From Chrysomallon squamiferum (Eukaryota > Animalia > Mollusca): a DNA stretch of 64,000 bases. The notes beneath the pieces are model-generated. The model was not told the origin of the DNA. It did no database searches and was given only the letters and a program-made list of their open reading frames with translations. The position numbers were made by a program, and so were the translations under genes. Positions within the stretch are counted from its first letter, which is position 1. Every line of letters begins with the position of its first letter. Location: contig CM022673.1 of assembly GCA_012295275.1 (NCBI GenBank), forward strand, positions 24,242,001 to 24,306,000. Reading direction: 5' to 3'. Below, in pieces: positions 25,501 through 48,884 of this stretch.

Positions 25501-25775
25501 GGAAACTGCTGCAGGTGCTCTGGAATGGGAACGGTTGTGAAATATGGTGACAGAACGTGATGAAGAGGTAGAGCAGCATGCTGTAGTGGAAGCAGTGGTG
25601 GTGGTTGTGGTGGTGGTGGTGCTGGCTGTGGTGAATGAAACACTGTCATATCTTGGTACGGTGGGGAATAGGAAACATTTGTACTAGTGTTGTACATGTT
25701 GAAGAGGAACACTGGTGTTGGTCCAGATGGCTGAATATATTCTGGTGCCTGCTGCGTGAAGCAGTATGGCTGCAT
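13389..25775 (-). CDS. TTC3/DZIP3-like RING-H2 E3 ubiquitin ligase, ~2086 aa, 15 coding exons
   Basis: Phase-consistent GT-AG exons: 25775-25213, 24840-24529, 24258-24200, 23925-22694, 22416-22327, 21990-21884, 21540-21465, 21095-20979, 20340-19171, 18859-16909, 16570-16500, 16064-15931, 14324-14162, 13967-13857, 13493-13389. C-terminal RING-H2 CPICCDDLLTSEVTTLDCSHKFHLPCIKTWLVGHERTCPTCRRIALLPDEFP. Helical domain TNYEKLVMFLQTKFPQLDRSDVVDIILKIHNERGALSGLS resembles TTC3/DZIP3/RBM44. The start codon is uncertain (an acceptor lies 1 nt upstream). Confidence 0.82.
19852..19935 (-). repeat. Coding 21-bp tandem repeat (4 copies; PVTFNAE/PITLNSE/PVTFNAE/PVTLNAE)
   Basis: taatgttacaggctctgcatt-type unit repeated in frame within the exon. 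Confidence 0.9.
24353..24429. repeat. Intronic direct duplication (41-bp period) of a hairpin-capable motif
   Basis: aaaaatatgatcaatcagggttaaaccttgattaaa occurs twice. Confidence 0.9.
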
Positions 25776-27767
25776 TCTATGGTGCAGAAAAAAAAAAAAG
25801 AGAGAAACAGTTTTTTAAAAAGTTTAAAAGCATAAAAAAGAAAAATGCTTCAGTAAAAGAGATATACTGACTGATAATATTTCAAATGCAACACATCAAA
25901 ACAAGAAGAAAAAAAAAAGAAAAAAAACATTAAACCTATACCTTTTACATCTTTTATTCTTCTGATTATAATTAATAGCTGTCCTTTAAAAAAAAACATC
26001 TTCGTGTTTTTTTAATACCCATCATTTTCTTTTGTTTCTTACACAGTTGGAAAATTATTATTATTATTATTATTATTATATTTATTATTAAGCGGTTATC
26101 TGCTTCTTTTGATTATCATTAAATTATCAAAATACAGATTTAGTTATCAACATTTTAAAAGAATGTATTGCTTTAATTTTAAAAAAATATTTAAAAATTA
26201 CAAAAACATTTTACCTCTCAGATTTTTATATTTAACCATTCAGGTTCACATTGGGCAAACTTAAATTCAAGTTTTTTTCTAAAAAAAAAAAAAAAATAAT
26301 AATAATAATAAAAAATAATAATAATAATAATAAAAACAAACTGGATCTGCAAGGTCCAGTGCCATTATTCCTGTATGAAAAATAATTTAAAAACTGGAGC
26401 AAGTACAGCTTTTAATGAATGAAAATTTAAACTTATTAGGAAATATTGCACTGAATTTGCATAACATGAATAAAATGTCAATTGTGATACACCCACCAAA
26501 TTCACAATGTCAATATATAAACAGAAATAATAGCTTAGGCTTATGGTACAATTTAGTTTTTTTAATAATTATTATACTTGGCTATTATAGCAAATGTTTC
26601 CGATGTGGTAAATTGTTAAAATTTGAAAGATCTTAAAATTGACAATATTGTTTCAACAAGAATGCTGCCTTTTTATTTATTTATTTATTTATTATTATTA
26701 TTATGCTTATTATTATTTTATTTATTTATTTTATTATTATTATTATGTTACTGAAACACAGAAATAAATTATGCAAGAGAGGTTACTGTCCGCGTTGACA
26801 TCTACAGTTTTCTAAATGGGACCTGGTCTATCATAAAAGTGTTGTTGTTTTTTTTTTTTTTCTTGTTGTTTTTTTTTCGTTTTTTTAAATTATTAACTGA
26901 AGTAACTAAAAAATCTTGATTTCTAAAATTAGATACTAATCAATTAAAACTGACTTCAAAACATCCGAATATCAAACTCCTAAATCATCTTGATTATCAT
27001 AACAAATACTAATCCGATAATACGGACCGATTTCATCGTCTAATCAAAATGACTGTCATTTTTTAATCGAAATGTCAAAACATTGTTTAAAAATATCCAT
27101 TTCAAAAACAAAAGTCTTGTTCAACAATGATACCTGTAGTTATGTACTTCAAATACTTTTTGTTAAACTATTTCAATGATTTTTTTTTTTTGGATCTAAA
27201 TAAACGTAAATATTCAAAAATAACTTCTCGAAACCAACGTTAATTTTACAACAACTTTGACCTAATGCGGAGCTGTTTTGTATTAATCCGCTGGACGTAA
27301 TAAAATTCCGAAAATTAGACCGCGTAATGGACGCATGTTATTGGTATTTAATTATCATCTTCGATTGCTGAAAAAAGTATAAAATAATAAAAAAGAAAAA
27401 CAGCAACAACCATAATAATAATAATAATAATAATAACGTACTAACGTTAATGTGGTTTGTGGACGTTTAAATGAAGAGTAATTCTGCATACTGTTATAAA
27501 TTTATATTGTGCATGAAATATGAGATAATAAATAAATAAATAAATAAAACAAATAAAATTTAAAAATAAATAGATAAATTAAATTTTAAAAATAATAAAT
27601 AAATAAATAAAAACTGGCCTTTCATTTGCATTGTGGATTTAACAAAAAGACATCTCTACCTTGCGAACTGGATAAGCGACAATCATTTCATTTCCCATTA
27701 CTTATTCTGTTTCATTCTCGGCCATTGTTCACTACATTAGTATTCGAAATTTTAAAAGTATCTGTCA

Positions 27768-27842
<75 letters not shown>

Positions 27843-28404
27843 TAAAAAAAAAAATTATATATATATATATATATATGCTTTACTTATCTTTAAATAAACA
27901 AACTATTTTATGTTAAGTGAGGAATGCCTGTATAGAAAATCAGTTCATTTTAACTGCTAGGAATTTAGCGTAGAACAGCTAACAAATCTGACTGGTCCTT
28001 ACTTGTTCAGAATAAAATGGAAAAATAAAACGCAGTGGAACAACGTATGTATGGTAAATATTATTTTCCACTGACTGAATACTTCAAATGAAAAATATTC
28101 TGCTGGTTTGTAGAGACGCGCAAATGCTACTACTTCCTAAATGAATTCTGAATTAAAAATCTTAAAATATTCTACTTCAGTTTGATACCTAGCTATGTCG
28201 TTTTCGAGAGTACAGAGGAAATTAACAGTTATCCAGACATTAGTAGAAAGCAGATTCTAGAAATGTGTTAATGAAGAATGACGTCATTGGTTAACACCGG
28301 GTGAAGACATCTGCAGCATTTGATCTGATACCTAATATTTCTAATATTTCAAATATATGCAGTAACATATCATACGTACATACACAGATACATATAAATA
28401 TACA

Positions 28405-28489
<85 letters not shown>

Positions 28490-29048
28490 TTTAACTTCTA
28501 ATATTGCAAATAAAGTAAATTAAAACTAAAACATTTAAGTCAAGGATATTTTATTTTTATTTGTTAACAGATACAGTTACAGACAAGGAACATAATCGTA
28601 CGAAAACAAATGAGAACAAACACGGACACTGTGTGTTTCTCTGTGTGTGTATGTGTGTTCGTTGTGTGTATGTGTGTGTGTGTGTTTCGAATAGTATTAT
28701 TTTTTTACTTCTTCTTTTTTTTTTTTTTGTATAATCCTTGATGATATCGATGCAGGCTCACTGAAAACAGTGAAAAAATGAGCATATTAATAAACAAAAT
28801 TAAACATTTTAAGAAACACAGTTATATAACACAAAAATAAATAAAATAAATAAATAAATAAATAGATAAACAAACAAACAAACAAACATACAAATAATTA
28901 AAGAAAGAAAGAAATAATAAATAAAGAAATAAAGAAATAAAATCATATTAATGTTAAATATATGAATCTGACTATTTTAGGAGAAAAAAATCAGAATACA
29001 GAATTTACATTTGAACAAAAATAAAAAATAAAATTAATTTCACTTACT

Positions 29049-29269
29049 TTACTGAATTAGGACTGTGATGAGTGCCAGGGCCACAGTCAACATGGAAACA
29101 GTAGTCATCGATCCACCTTAAATAAAAAACAACTGTTCTAGAAAATCTAGCAGTAACATAGTAGTAGTTGTTGTATCAGATGACAAAGAAAAGATGGTAG
29201 TAATAGGGTTATTATTAAACCGTAAAAGAAAATTCTGAAAATTACCATGGATTCATATTTAATAATAAT

Positions 29270-29300
<31 letters not shown>

Positions 29301-30386
29301 AAGAAGAAGAAGAAGAAAGAAGAAGAAGAAGTAGTAGTACAAACCATCAGGACACAGTTCGTTTATGTCATCTACCATCTGTCCGAAAGTGGCGTTGTCA
29401 TGACAACCGATGGAAGAAAGACAGAAGATGTAGTTTCTTTCAGCTCTATAAAACAACAGTTAATTTTTAGAAAATACAGACAGACAGACAGACAGACAGA
29501 CCGAAATAACAAAATCTTACATGGACTAATACACGTACAGAGATTGCTGCTGGTAATCTGTTTAACAAAAAAGCACACGTGCAAATGCACAAACAAACAG
29601 CTATAATCAATTTCTATTTCATGTATGCATACACTCATTAATCCATTATAATATTGCAAAAACAACAACGACAACAATAAATAAATAAATAATTAAAATA
29701 CAAGAAAATAACTTGTTCTTTTACTGATAACGAAGGAATATAGATGTTAATTCACCATGACTAACCGTTAACAATTTCTTAGAAAACAGCAGACAGTATA
29801 TGAGACGTTATTAAGACAATGAAATTAAACAAATGCGGCTTACTGGCATATACGTGGAATGTCGGGCCCAGCTTCGGAAATGGCAAACTTTCGAACAGCC
29901 AAACAGTTTTCTTCTTTGGATCGGTCACATGCGGAGTTTATGTCAGCAAAGGTAACTGAAAAAAAAAAAAAAAAAAAAAAAATGTATAAAAAAAAAATTC
30001 TTTCTTATATGCAATTCTTTCAGTAAAATTTTAAAGAAGAAATACAAATTAAGAATTTAGGCTACTTAAATAATATATGTATATATATATTTTACATACA
30101 TATGTTAATAATAAAATGAAATAAATCAGTCGATCAGTTAAATAAATAAATAAATTAATAAACAAATATTAAATTAATAAATATATTTTAAACAAATCTC
30201 ATTACAGTAAACTGCAAATGTGCAACTGGTTGAACATCACAGAATTTTCTAAAATGAGTAACAGAACATGTAAAGAGAAGACAACACACAATACAAAAGG
30301 TTAACGAGCAACCGATACGAAATTAAATAACCTTTGACTATTTACTTACCCAAGAACACAATTACGATCAAAGACATTTTGTTCAT
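29049..30386 (-). CDS. Small secreted, predicted GPI-anchored six-Cys protein (105 aa; neuritin/RGM-N-like cysteine pattern)
   Basis: Exons 30386-30350, 29955-29844, 29445-29345 and 29116-29049, all GT-AG and phase-consistent, give MNKMSLIVIVFLVTFADINSACDRSKEENCLAVRKFAISEAGPDIPRICQAERNYIFCLSSIGCHDNATFGQMVDDINELCPDGGSMTTVSMLTVALALITVLIQ*. Kozak-like CACCATG. Confidence 0.82.
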
Positions 30387-30485
30387 GGTGTGAGACAAAT
30401 GAAAAAACAGCTATTGTCGAGATAATTATTAAGATACTTCTATGTTGCGTGTGGAAAGGAAGAATAATCGAAGACAGCAGGAATC

Positions 30486-30492
30486 TTATATA
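30486..30492 (-). promoter_or_regulatory. Candidate TATA box of the GPI-protein gene
   Basis: TATATAA on the minus strand ~100 nt upstream of the ATG at 30386. Confidence 0.45.
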
Positions 30493-30858
30493 AAAGTAGT
30501 TTTGAAAAGCTGTGATCTCATCTATGACGCATGCAAGCAGTGCCACCTTTTTACTGTCGTAATCTGCCAGAACGTATTTTTCAAACTGTAAAGAAGGGAT
30601 GAGCAGAGTTACAAAACCTGCTGACAACCACAGGTAAACAGTTTGTAGCAGCAGCTGCTAGCCAACGAAGTGTTTCCAGAAGATGTACGCTTCCGTTGAC
30701 GATAGACTGCACAGTTAGGTGAGAGAAAAAGTATAAAAGAAATTAATGGATGACCAGATTGTGAAGTTTATCTGAGAAGTCATCAAATTTTGCTGTTACT
30801 GTTGAGATTTTACCATGACGGGTTTTTTTTTTTTTTTTTTTCACTCTTTGCAATTCAA

Positions 30859-30897
<39 letters not shown>

Positions 30898-31023
30898 TTA
30901 CATTAAAATTATTTTTCTCTCGATAATATTCTCTTTCATTGTTTTAATTCACTAATAGATTAAATACCATTCGTATAAATGGTATTAGATATCGTGATAG
31001 GAGAGAGATGACTATATGTGTGC

Positions 31024-31133
<110 letters not shown>

Positions 31134-31472
31134 CCAATTATAGACTAAAAATACGGAAGTGTTTATAAAAACATGTGTCTTTCCTCTTGTTGTCTTCATA
31201 ATGCCCTGTCTCCCAGAAGTTGACATTTAAAACCAAACTAAAAATGTTGTAACTGCTGCACAGATGACATTAAAACAGTATCTAAAAATGGCTGACACAA
31301 ACCACTGCGACAAAAGTTTGTCATTAATATCGGTATTGGCGGCTTCTCACTTATCGATCATAAATATATTATTTTTTTCCTCCATGATTTATTTATTCCA
31401 GTTATATATATATATATATATATATGTTAAATCAAATTCTAAGAAAAATGTGTACATCTAATAGTAGTAGTA

Positions 31473-31539
<67 letters not shown>

Positions 31540-31543
<4 letters not shown>

Positions 31544-32846
31544 GTATGAATAGAATATTTTGAAGGTGCCTCTATAAATGATTTAAAAGTTTTCAACATT
31601 TAGTAGAAAATGTTTAACACACAGTTAGAATTCTTCACGGAAAGACTAGTGTGTGAATATTTTTAAACTAGTGAGCAGAATATTAATATTCGGTTAGAAA
31701 CCAAAAGTATACAAGTCCTAGCGAAATAAAGCGAATGACAAAATGCAGTGTTTGTTAAAGCGATGTGCTGTTCAGATTTCATCCTAAGAAGTCGTGTATT
31801 TTGTTTATTTTTCTTTCAATGAAGTAGAAATTGCATGAAAAAGAAAAGAAATCATTGAAAGCCGTTAACAGATCTCACACACGTTTTTAATTCGTTGGTA
31901 AACGAGAAGATGGAAATCTGAACTTCAAATCAAGCTGATTAATTTGTATTTTGCTCTGAAGATTGAAAAAAGAAGAAATTTAAAGTTAAAAAAATAAGGT
32001 TATAAAATTACAACAGTGCTATAACAGAAACACATTAGTTAGTTAATAAGGTGAAATTGACAATCTAAGATGAAACATGATTTTTTTTTTTTTTTTTTTT
32101 GTGAAATTCCTTTTTACATATTAATTTTCCATTCTTAGAATACGTTGCAAATCATCTTTTACAATTTTAAATGTTGAATTTTCTTATCTTACGTTTGATA
32201 AATTATAATTCTATTTTTTTTTCTTTCTAAAATAGAATATATTTAAGTTAACGACGACTTACCAAAACTGTGACATTTTTATTTAAAGATATGACATGTT
32301 TATTGCATAGATTTGTTAGAGTACATTAGCTATCTTATGTAACAGCACCGTGCAGTCACTGCGTAATGTACTTATCTCATCTGTTTATCACATCTGTAGT
32401 TAAAATACTTCCATGTGGTCACTCTGATAACACAAACTGGTTTCATCTCTTAAAATATATCAATGATCGTGACTGTTATTATACATGTATATTTTATCTG
32501 CTAGTCCCAATCATAGTGTCTGAATAATTATAATTTTCGTTATACAAATTTATACCTAAATATGCATCCTCACTTATTATTATTATTATTATTATCATCA
32601 TCATAATTATCATCATCATTATTATTATTATAAATAAATAACGTGTCTGTATGTAAATTTGGACATGTTTTAATGATGTTATACTGTAAGCATTAACAAT
32701 ACAATATTGTATATCGCTAGTTAAGTCGGAGAATATGTTATATCTGTGTTTTCGGTCGTTTTTTTTTTTGGACAAAAAGTTTTAGAATTTTTAATCATTT
32801 TATAGAAGTGCTTTGGGATTAAATTTCTGTGTTCGTGTGTGTTGTT

Positions 32847-32932
<86 letters not shown>

Positions 32933-32995
32933 TATACAGACAGATCGATTGACAGAGAAACAAATTAAATTAATTTTAGATTGTTAAATATATGA
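31540..32995 (+). repeat. Long inverted repeat, arm A (pairs with 41130-42490)
   Basis: For example ttcttcacggaaagactagtgtgtgaatatttttaaactag (~31631) is the reverse complement of ~42361-42400. Homology is collinear over the whole arm. Confidence 0.92.
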
Positions 32996-33016
32996 CATTT
33001 GATCAACAACAACAAC

Positions 33017-33069
<53 letters not shown>

Positions 33070-33201
33070 TAACAACAACAAGAATAATAATAATAATATT
33101 ATTATTATTATAGTTGTTGTTGATTTTTATTTTTATTATTTTTATTTTATAGTTGTTTTTTCTTTTTTTTTTTTTTTTCTTTTTTTTCTTTAATCTTTTT
33201 C

Positions 33202-33234
<33 letters not shown>

Positions 33235-33761
33235 TTGTTGTTGTTTTATTGTTTTATTTTTTGTTGTAAGTAATTCTGTTTTTACCTGAAAAAAAGACGC
33301 TAGATGCTTTGCATGGTGAGCTAGAATCCTGCAAATGATTTATATTGATCAGAGATGTAGTTTCTTACAGTTCTTATTTGACGTCACGAAACATTTTTAA
33401 ACGTGAACTGAAATTAACATTTAATGGTTAAACTTTAAGTTTCATAGCCGTAAAAGTTTGAAAACTTTAAAGCGATACACATTAATTTTATTTAATGCTG
33501 TAAAATTGCTCATAAAATAATTAAATTAATCTACTCCGATACTGAACGAACGAGTGATAATAAAATTATGAAAATGCAACAAGGGAAATAATCAGGCGAT
33601 TCCTGAAATGTTTTTGAAGTTTTAAAATACGATTTATTTCCCTTTATCGATTTATAATTTTATTTGTGGGGAAAAGGCGGATAAAGAGTATTAGTTAATG
33701 TTTCATCATCATCATCATTATTAGTAGTAGTAGTAGTAGTAGAAGTATTGTTACTATTATT

Positions 33762-33797
<36 letters not shown>

Positions 33798-33893
33798 TTT
33801 CATTATATTTTATTTTATTTTATTTTATTTTTTATTCATATATTATTATTATTATTATTATCATCATCATCATCATCATCATTATTATTATCA

Positions 33894-33946
<53 letters not shown>

Positions 33947-34683
33947 TGTTTTTGTTTGTTTGTTTGTTTGTTTTTTATTACTGTTGCTGTTTCGGAATAA
34001 GGACTAATGACAATGAATTATTTGTTGCCACGGATGTTCATTGTTTATTTATTAAACTGATGGTAGTAGGATCTTTTAAGAAGTATTTTCAGTTTTCTCG
34101 GATTATTGTTATTACTACTACTACTACTATCATTATTTTTAAATTTCATTGATTCTCTACCAAGATTATCTGTGATTATTTCCACTCCGTCGGTATTTGA
34201 TGGATGGGTGTATGACCCCGGTTTTCAAAACACTCCTAATACCGTTAAGAAACAGACGTAACTCAACACGACAAATGTCTGTTTAGACGGAGCGAGGACT
34301 TAATGGAATGAAAGGTCGTGTCTGCCGGCGCGCGAATTTCGGCGGTAATTAGTCGACGTCTTACAATGGCGGGAAATCTGATCGAGGAGGAATTTGCGAG
34401 TGAGTTTGACAGCGAGGCTGAACGGAGGAAGAATAAGAGCAGCAGAGTTTAAACAGGATTAGTTTGTTGTAATATTAGAAAGGTCGGAACGTAGCATCTG
34501 GAATGTTTACCTCTTGTTTAAGAGGGAAGAACCTCCCTTTGGTTCAACTTTCTCTCCAATCATTTTAATATTTAAGTCATAATAAACCCAAACTGCTAGA
34601 GAATGGGGGAAGAAAGAAGAAAATGATACAATTTCGACAAAGAAATTATTTTATTTTAATTTATTTTTGTATTATTAGTAGTT

Positions 34684-34714
<31 letters not shown>

Positions 34715-35174
34715 TTGTTAATGTTGTTGCGTGTGGGGTTAGTTTGGTGATTTGTCTCTATTCCACACAAAACAAAGATATTTTCTGTTTAAAAGTGCTC
34801 GTTATATACCGTTAACAGTCAGGCCTATATTTCTAGAAATGCGACACACATTATTCTTAGTTTTTCATAAAAATCATCTCTTTCAAAAATGACTTGTAAT
34901 TTCATACGTTTCATAATTTGGGATTCACGAGCTAATTTTACGATGTACAAATTTTCTGATATAAAGATTAAACTTGTGGGTTTTCTACATCCTCTCCACC
35001 ATGATGCAGGGAAGGTTGCACTGAAATAAATTCTTTTGTCGTGTTTTTAAAAACATTTTTTTTTTTTTTTTTATATCAGACAGCTTTATATCTTATTTAA
35101 TAACTATTGCTTATACTGAGCTTGACTGTATTTGTCTTCTTTATTAACGTTACCACTATAACGATAGCGATAAT

Positions 35175-35210
<36 letters not shown>

Positions 35211-35348
35211 TCTCTTGTTTCATTTTCTTTTGCTATTTCGTATTTATTTTATTTTATTTATTTTTTTTTTTTTCTTCTGTTTTAAATTTTGTTAATGTTT
35301 CTGTACTGTTCTAGTTCCTTTACTGATTTCTTTAAATATGTTGATTTT

Positions 35349-35392
<44 letters not shown>

Positions 35393-35936
35393 TTTTTCTT
35401 TCTTCTTTTTACTATTATTTTTTTTTTCTGTTATATATATATATATAATTGTTCTATTTCTTTGTTGGTTTTGTTGATTTTATGTTGGTACTGTCCTTAC
35501 TCACCCTACCATTGTCGTAAATGTTACTCGTTTGCCTTTCTGTTAACGAAGGCGACGTAGTTAGTTAGTTACCTGTTGTTGTCGACGTTGTGGGTACTTC
35601 ACGCATCCCTGACAGCCAAACGAGTGATAGGTGCGAAGTCATACATCCTATGATTTCCCGGGTACTCAGCTCTGAATGGTGTCAGACAGCAAACCCGACA
35701 GACAGACGTTTTACTGACACTTCGCGTGTTTACCTGAAGTTCACTTGTTGCCTCTGTCGCATGCTTACACGCGGTTTAATTCATTTCCAGCCTGCGTGAG
35801 AAATCAAGAAGAGAGTTTAAAATTTTAAAATGGCTGTTATTAGATCAACAGTCGACTGACTGATAATAGAACGTGTTTTCTCTGTAACACAGTCGCTTGT
35901 CAGGTAGATCTGATAAATTTCAGTTTTACACACACC

Positions 35937-35990
<54 letters not shown>

Positions 35991-36206
35991 TACATACATA
36001 CATACAGATAGATAGATAGATAGATAGATAGACTGAAAGTTATATGAGTTATTGTGGTATAGCTTTTCAGGTGATTTGATTTCTAATATAGGGTATCTTT
36101 CTATTATATCTTTTTATTTGATTTTATTTTATTTATTTATTTATTTATTTTTATTATTTTTTTATTATTATTATTTTATTTATTCATTTATTTTTATTAT
36201 TTTATT

Positions 36207-36262
<56 letters not shown>

Positions 36263-37341
36263 TTAATTATTTTATTTTTATTTTTTGTTCCAGCTTAATT
36301 TTTCTCTCTCTGATATTTATTATTATTATTATTTGTTTTTTAAATCAAGAAAAAAAATAAAAATTTAATTGCTTGGTTTGCTGGATATTTTGCTGATACG
36401 GAATATGAAATAAAATAAGGAAATGACATCTAGATACCAATCAGTTATGAAATATTGCCGAATTATCTGCACGATCTGCCGAAATCTAGAGATCGTCAGC
36501 TTTGATATTTCCTTAAACAGCGAATTAATTCAGAGCCCAACGAAAATATCAGACCTGACCGAAAAGAAGACACATTTACGCCACAGGGGTGCTTTTCCTG
36601 TTGACGCCCCGTGTAATTCGATCCATTGTTCTTCGCCACAGACTAAGTGATTTCTTCTTAAATGGGCCCAGCAGCAAGACACACTTACCACTTGCTGACA
36701 TAAAGCAAAAACTTGACAATAGCAATTAAGTTTTATCGTGTAGGGATTGCGGCTTTTTATAGCCCCCAAAGTTCAGGAAGCAAAGCTTTTACAGCTTTGT
36801 TTCAAGCGATGTGAATGTAGTTTATTTCATATTTCACAAGATTATCTCGCTTGAAAGACATTGTCCGCATATTTTGCTCCGGGATATCATTCGTTATGTA
36901 ACATTGTAAACAATAAACACTAATTGTTGTTAGTTTGACGATGCACTCAAAACGTTTATATCAGTGAAAATAAGCAGATCTGCTGTTTTTACACGAGTCA
37001 CAGATAAGTTATGTGTGATACAGTCTTTATTTAATAAAGTAATAACTGGGTAGATAAGCAAGTGGCAAATACATATTTCATGTCTGTTTTTTTTTTTTTT
37101 TTTTTTTTTTATTAAAATTAATTAAAATTAATTAGTTAATTATGTTATTTATTTATTTATTATTATTATTACAAGATGTAGTGTGCTGGTGATGGTGATG
37201 GTATGTACTAATAGTGATAGTAGCAATAGTAATAGTATCAGTATATCTATATTTTTTTTTGTGATTTGATGGAGCTTTAGAGGAAACCTAATAGGCTTTT
37301 AATTGCATTTTGTATTTTGAAAAAAATAAATATAATTTAAT

Positions 37342-37373
<32 letters not shown>

Positions 37374-38237
37374 GTTTATTTGGACTGACAATAATGACAA
37401 CAAAATAACAACATTATTATTATTATTGTTGTTGGTGTTGTTGTTGTTGTTGTTAGTAATAATATTAATTATCTTTGTTGTTGTTATTATAAACCTAAAA
37501 CAGACTGTTCATTTATCCTAAGTACGGATATATTTATTTATTCAAAAAATCAAAAACTTATTTCAATGGCCGATTTAGCAAGCGCATTCGCACATGGACT
37601 CGCTCTTGTCTGTTTCACAGACGTCACGTCGTCGTAAACCATTCTAAGTGTGCTTTAACAATAAACGGGCTAATTAGAAGAATTTTTCACAGAGAGAGAG
37701 CAATGGAGTTAACGTTTTCCTGTGTAACTCACGATTAATGCTGAAATTTTAAACAGTTTCGAAACGCCTTTTTTTTCTTATTATTATTATTATTTATTAT
37801 CTTTTCTGTGGTGCTGTTTATTCTGCATATAGTTAATGGCATAATTATTTATTTTTATTTAAAGAAGAAGATAAATTTTGTAAATTTAAAAATGGTGGTT
37901 CTAATAAATAATTTTAAGTTAAAAAAGAATACAGTGAATAAAACGAAACGCAGTTTTTGCAATATTTGTTTCCAGGGATGTTTGATTAAAACGACTAAAA
38001 TAGATACATATTTTTAAAATTATTTGTTTATTATTTATTTCTTCTTCTTTTTTTTTTTCTTTTTTTTAATAAAAACGTATTTGAAGGTGAAGTAGTAATT
38101 AAATTATCGAAGGTTTCTAATATTTAAAATCTCAAATTAAATGAGTTTGCCAGATGTCTCTATATCTGAGCGGCTAGATAACATGATTCGAAAATATTTT
38201 GATAGCGGTTACAGTAACTAACCAGGTAAAATATAAC

Positions 38238-38515
38238 TGATACAGTATTTGATATGTATTGTAATAAAAGTATCTGATATCGTATTTGATATGTATTGTA
38301 ATACCTGTATTTGATATAGTATTTAATATGTATTGTAATACCAGTATTTGATACAGTATTTGAAATGTATTGTAATACCAGTATTTGATATAGTATTTCA
38401 TATGTGTTTGTAATACCAGTATTTGTAATAGTATTTAATATATATTGTAATATCAGGAAATATTTGACAGATATTGTAATATCAGTATTTAATATATATT
38501 GTAATATCAGGAAAT
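38238..38515. repeat. AT-rich minisatellite (~36-39-bp unit atagtatttgatatgtattgtaataccagtatttg)
   Basis: About seven degenerate tandem copies visible. Confidence 0.85.
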
Positions 38516-39109
38516 CTTAAAAGTTTATCGTTAGCTAGGCTGAAATACATTTTCGTTTTAACAGTGAAATCGAGCAGCGAAGTGGTTTATTTTTTCACAT
38601 TTAATATTGACTTGTCACACTGACAAGTCTTGGCGTTCCGTTTAACACTGACAAACATTCAACTTCAGTCTCTTCACAGACTTCGTTTACACGACAAACA
38701 CTCGGTCAAACAAAAACACTCCTCCACCGGAAGACGTCTGCTGATGTGGAAAGAAGGGACACAACCCAGCTTCTGATAATTATCATCCTCTTGTCAGCGC
38801 CTGGAAATTCGTTTATAGTCGTCTCTTTAAATAATAATAATAATAATAATAATAATAGAGAGTGGAATACAGGTAATGAAATCAGTGAAATGAAACTTCA
38901 CGTCACAGAAACAAATAAATAAAAACAGCAAATCGTACATATAAAATTTTACTTCAAAGAAAAGTAATTTTAATATTCTCATATTTATTAACATGACATT
39001 CTGAAAAATCAGTTTCTTTACAATGATCAAATGAATTTTTATTAGTCATTTGTAATGTCTCAAAAAATAACAAATAAAATTAAAATGCCTTTATATTTCA
39101 GCAACCACA

Positions 39110-39163
<54 letters not shown>

Positions 39164-39830
39164 GCAAAAAGCAGATAAACTGGAAATAAACCTTGTACTG
39201 AAAACTTCTATTCACTAACAGTCGCGCGGGATTTGTTGAGCGTACGCAACGACACTAGCAAACCATATGTACATCACAAACACGTAATATTTATTACTGA
39301 ATTAAATTATTTACAGGTCTCTTCGAGTTCAACAGTAGTCTTTATTTGGCATTAAAGAGTCAGATACACATCAACAAACCTGGCTTTTGAAAAGCTTCAA
39401 CAAATGATATATATATATCAATCACTCAAACACAATTCAAGGTTAAAAAAAAAAGCACCATAGAATAACAAATCATCCAGAAGAGCTTTGTCTAAATCTC
39501 ATCTCGATTGCTGTCAGTATTACCTCAACTTACAGTGGTAATACATTTTACTGACTTTGCCCTTTGACAAAACGACTTTGTCAGTGTAAAATTATATTCG
39601 TTGCACTTCCTTTTCTTTTCTTTTTTAACAAAAGGGGAATATTGTATGGCTAGAATCATTAACATCTTAGACATATTTTTTTCAAACTGAAACCACAGAC
39701 AATGATTTCCTAGCAATGATCGCGTAATCATCCAGAACGTGGTCACGAATTATGCACGTAAACTGCATTAATTTTCAGTTTTTTTTTCTGAGCACTAGTA
39801 AAGTAAGAGAAATTTGGTTTTGAGACTGTT

Positions 39831-48884
<9,054 letters not shown>

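Noticed and set aside
33748-34152. Low-complexity ORFs (poly-Y/H/L/K/N, SLSL, ERER, VCVC) across 27-64 kb
   Set aside because: Translations of microsatellites.
38238-38515. CRISPR-like periodicity
   Set aside because: No unique spacers, degenerate units, eukaryotic context and no cas genes: a minisatellite.
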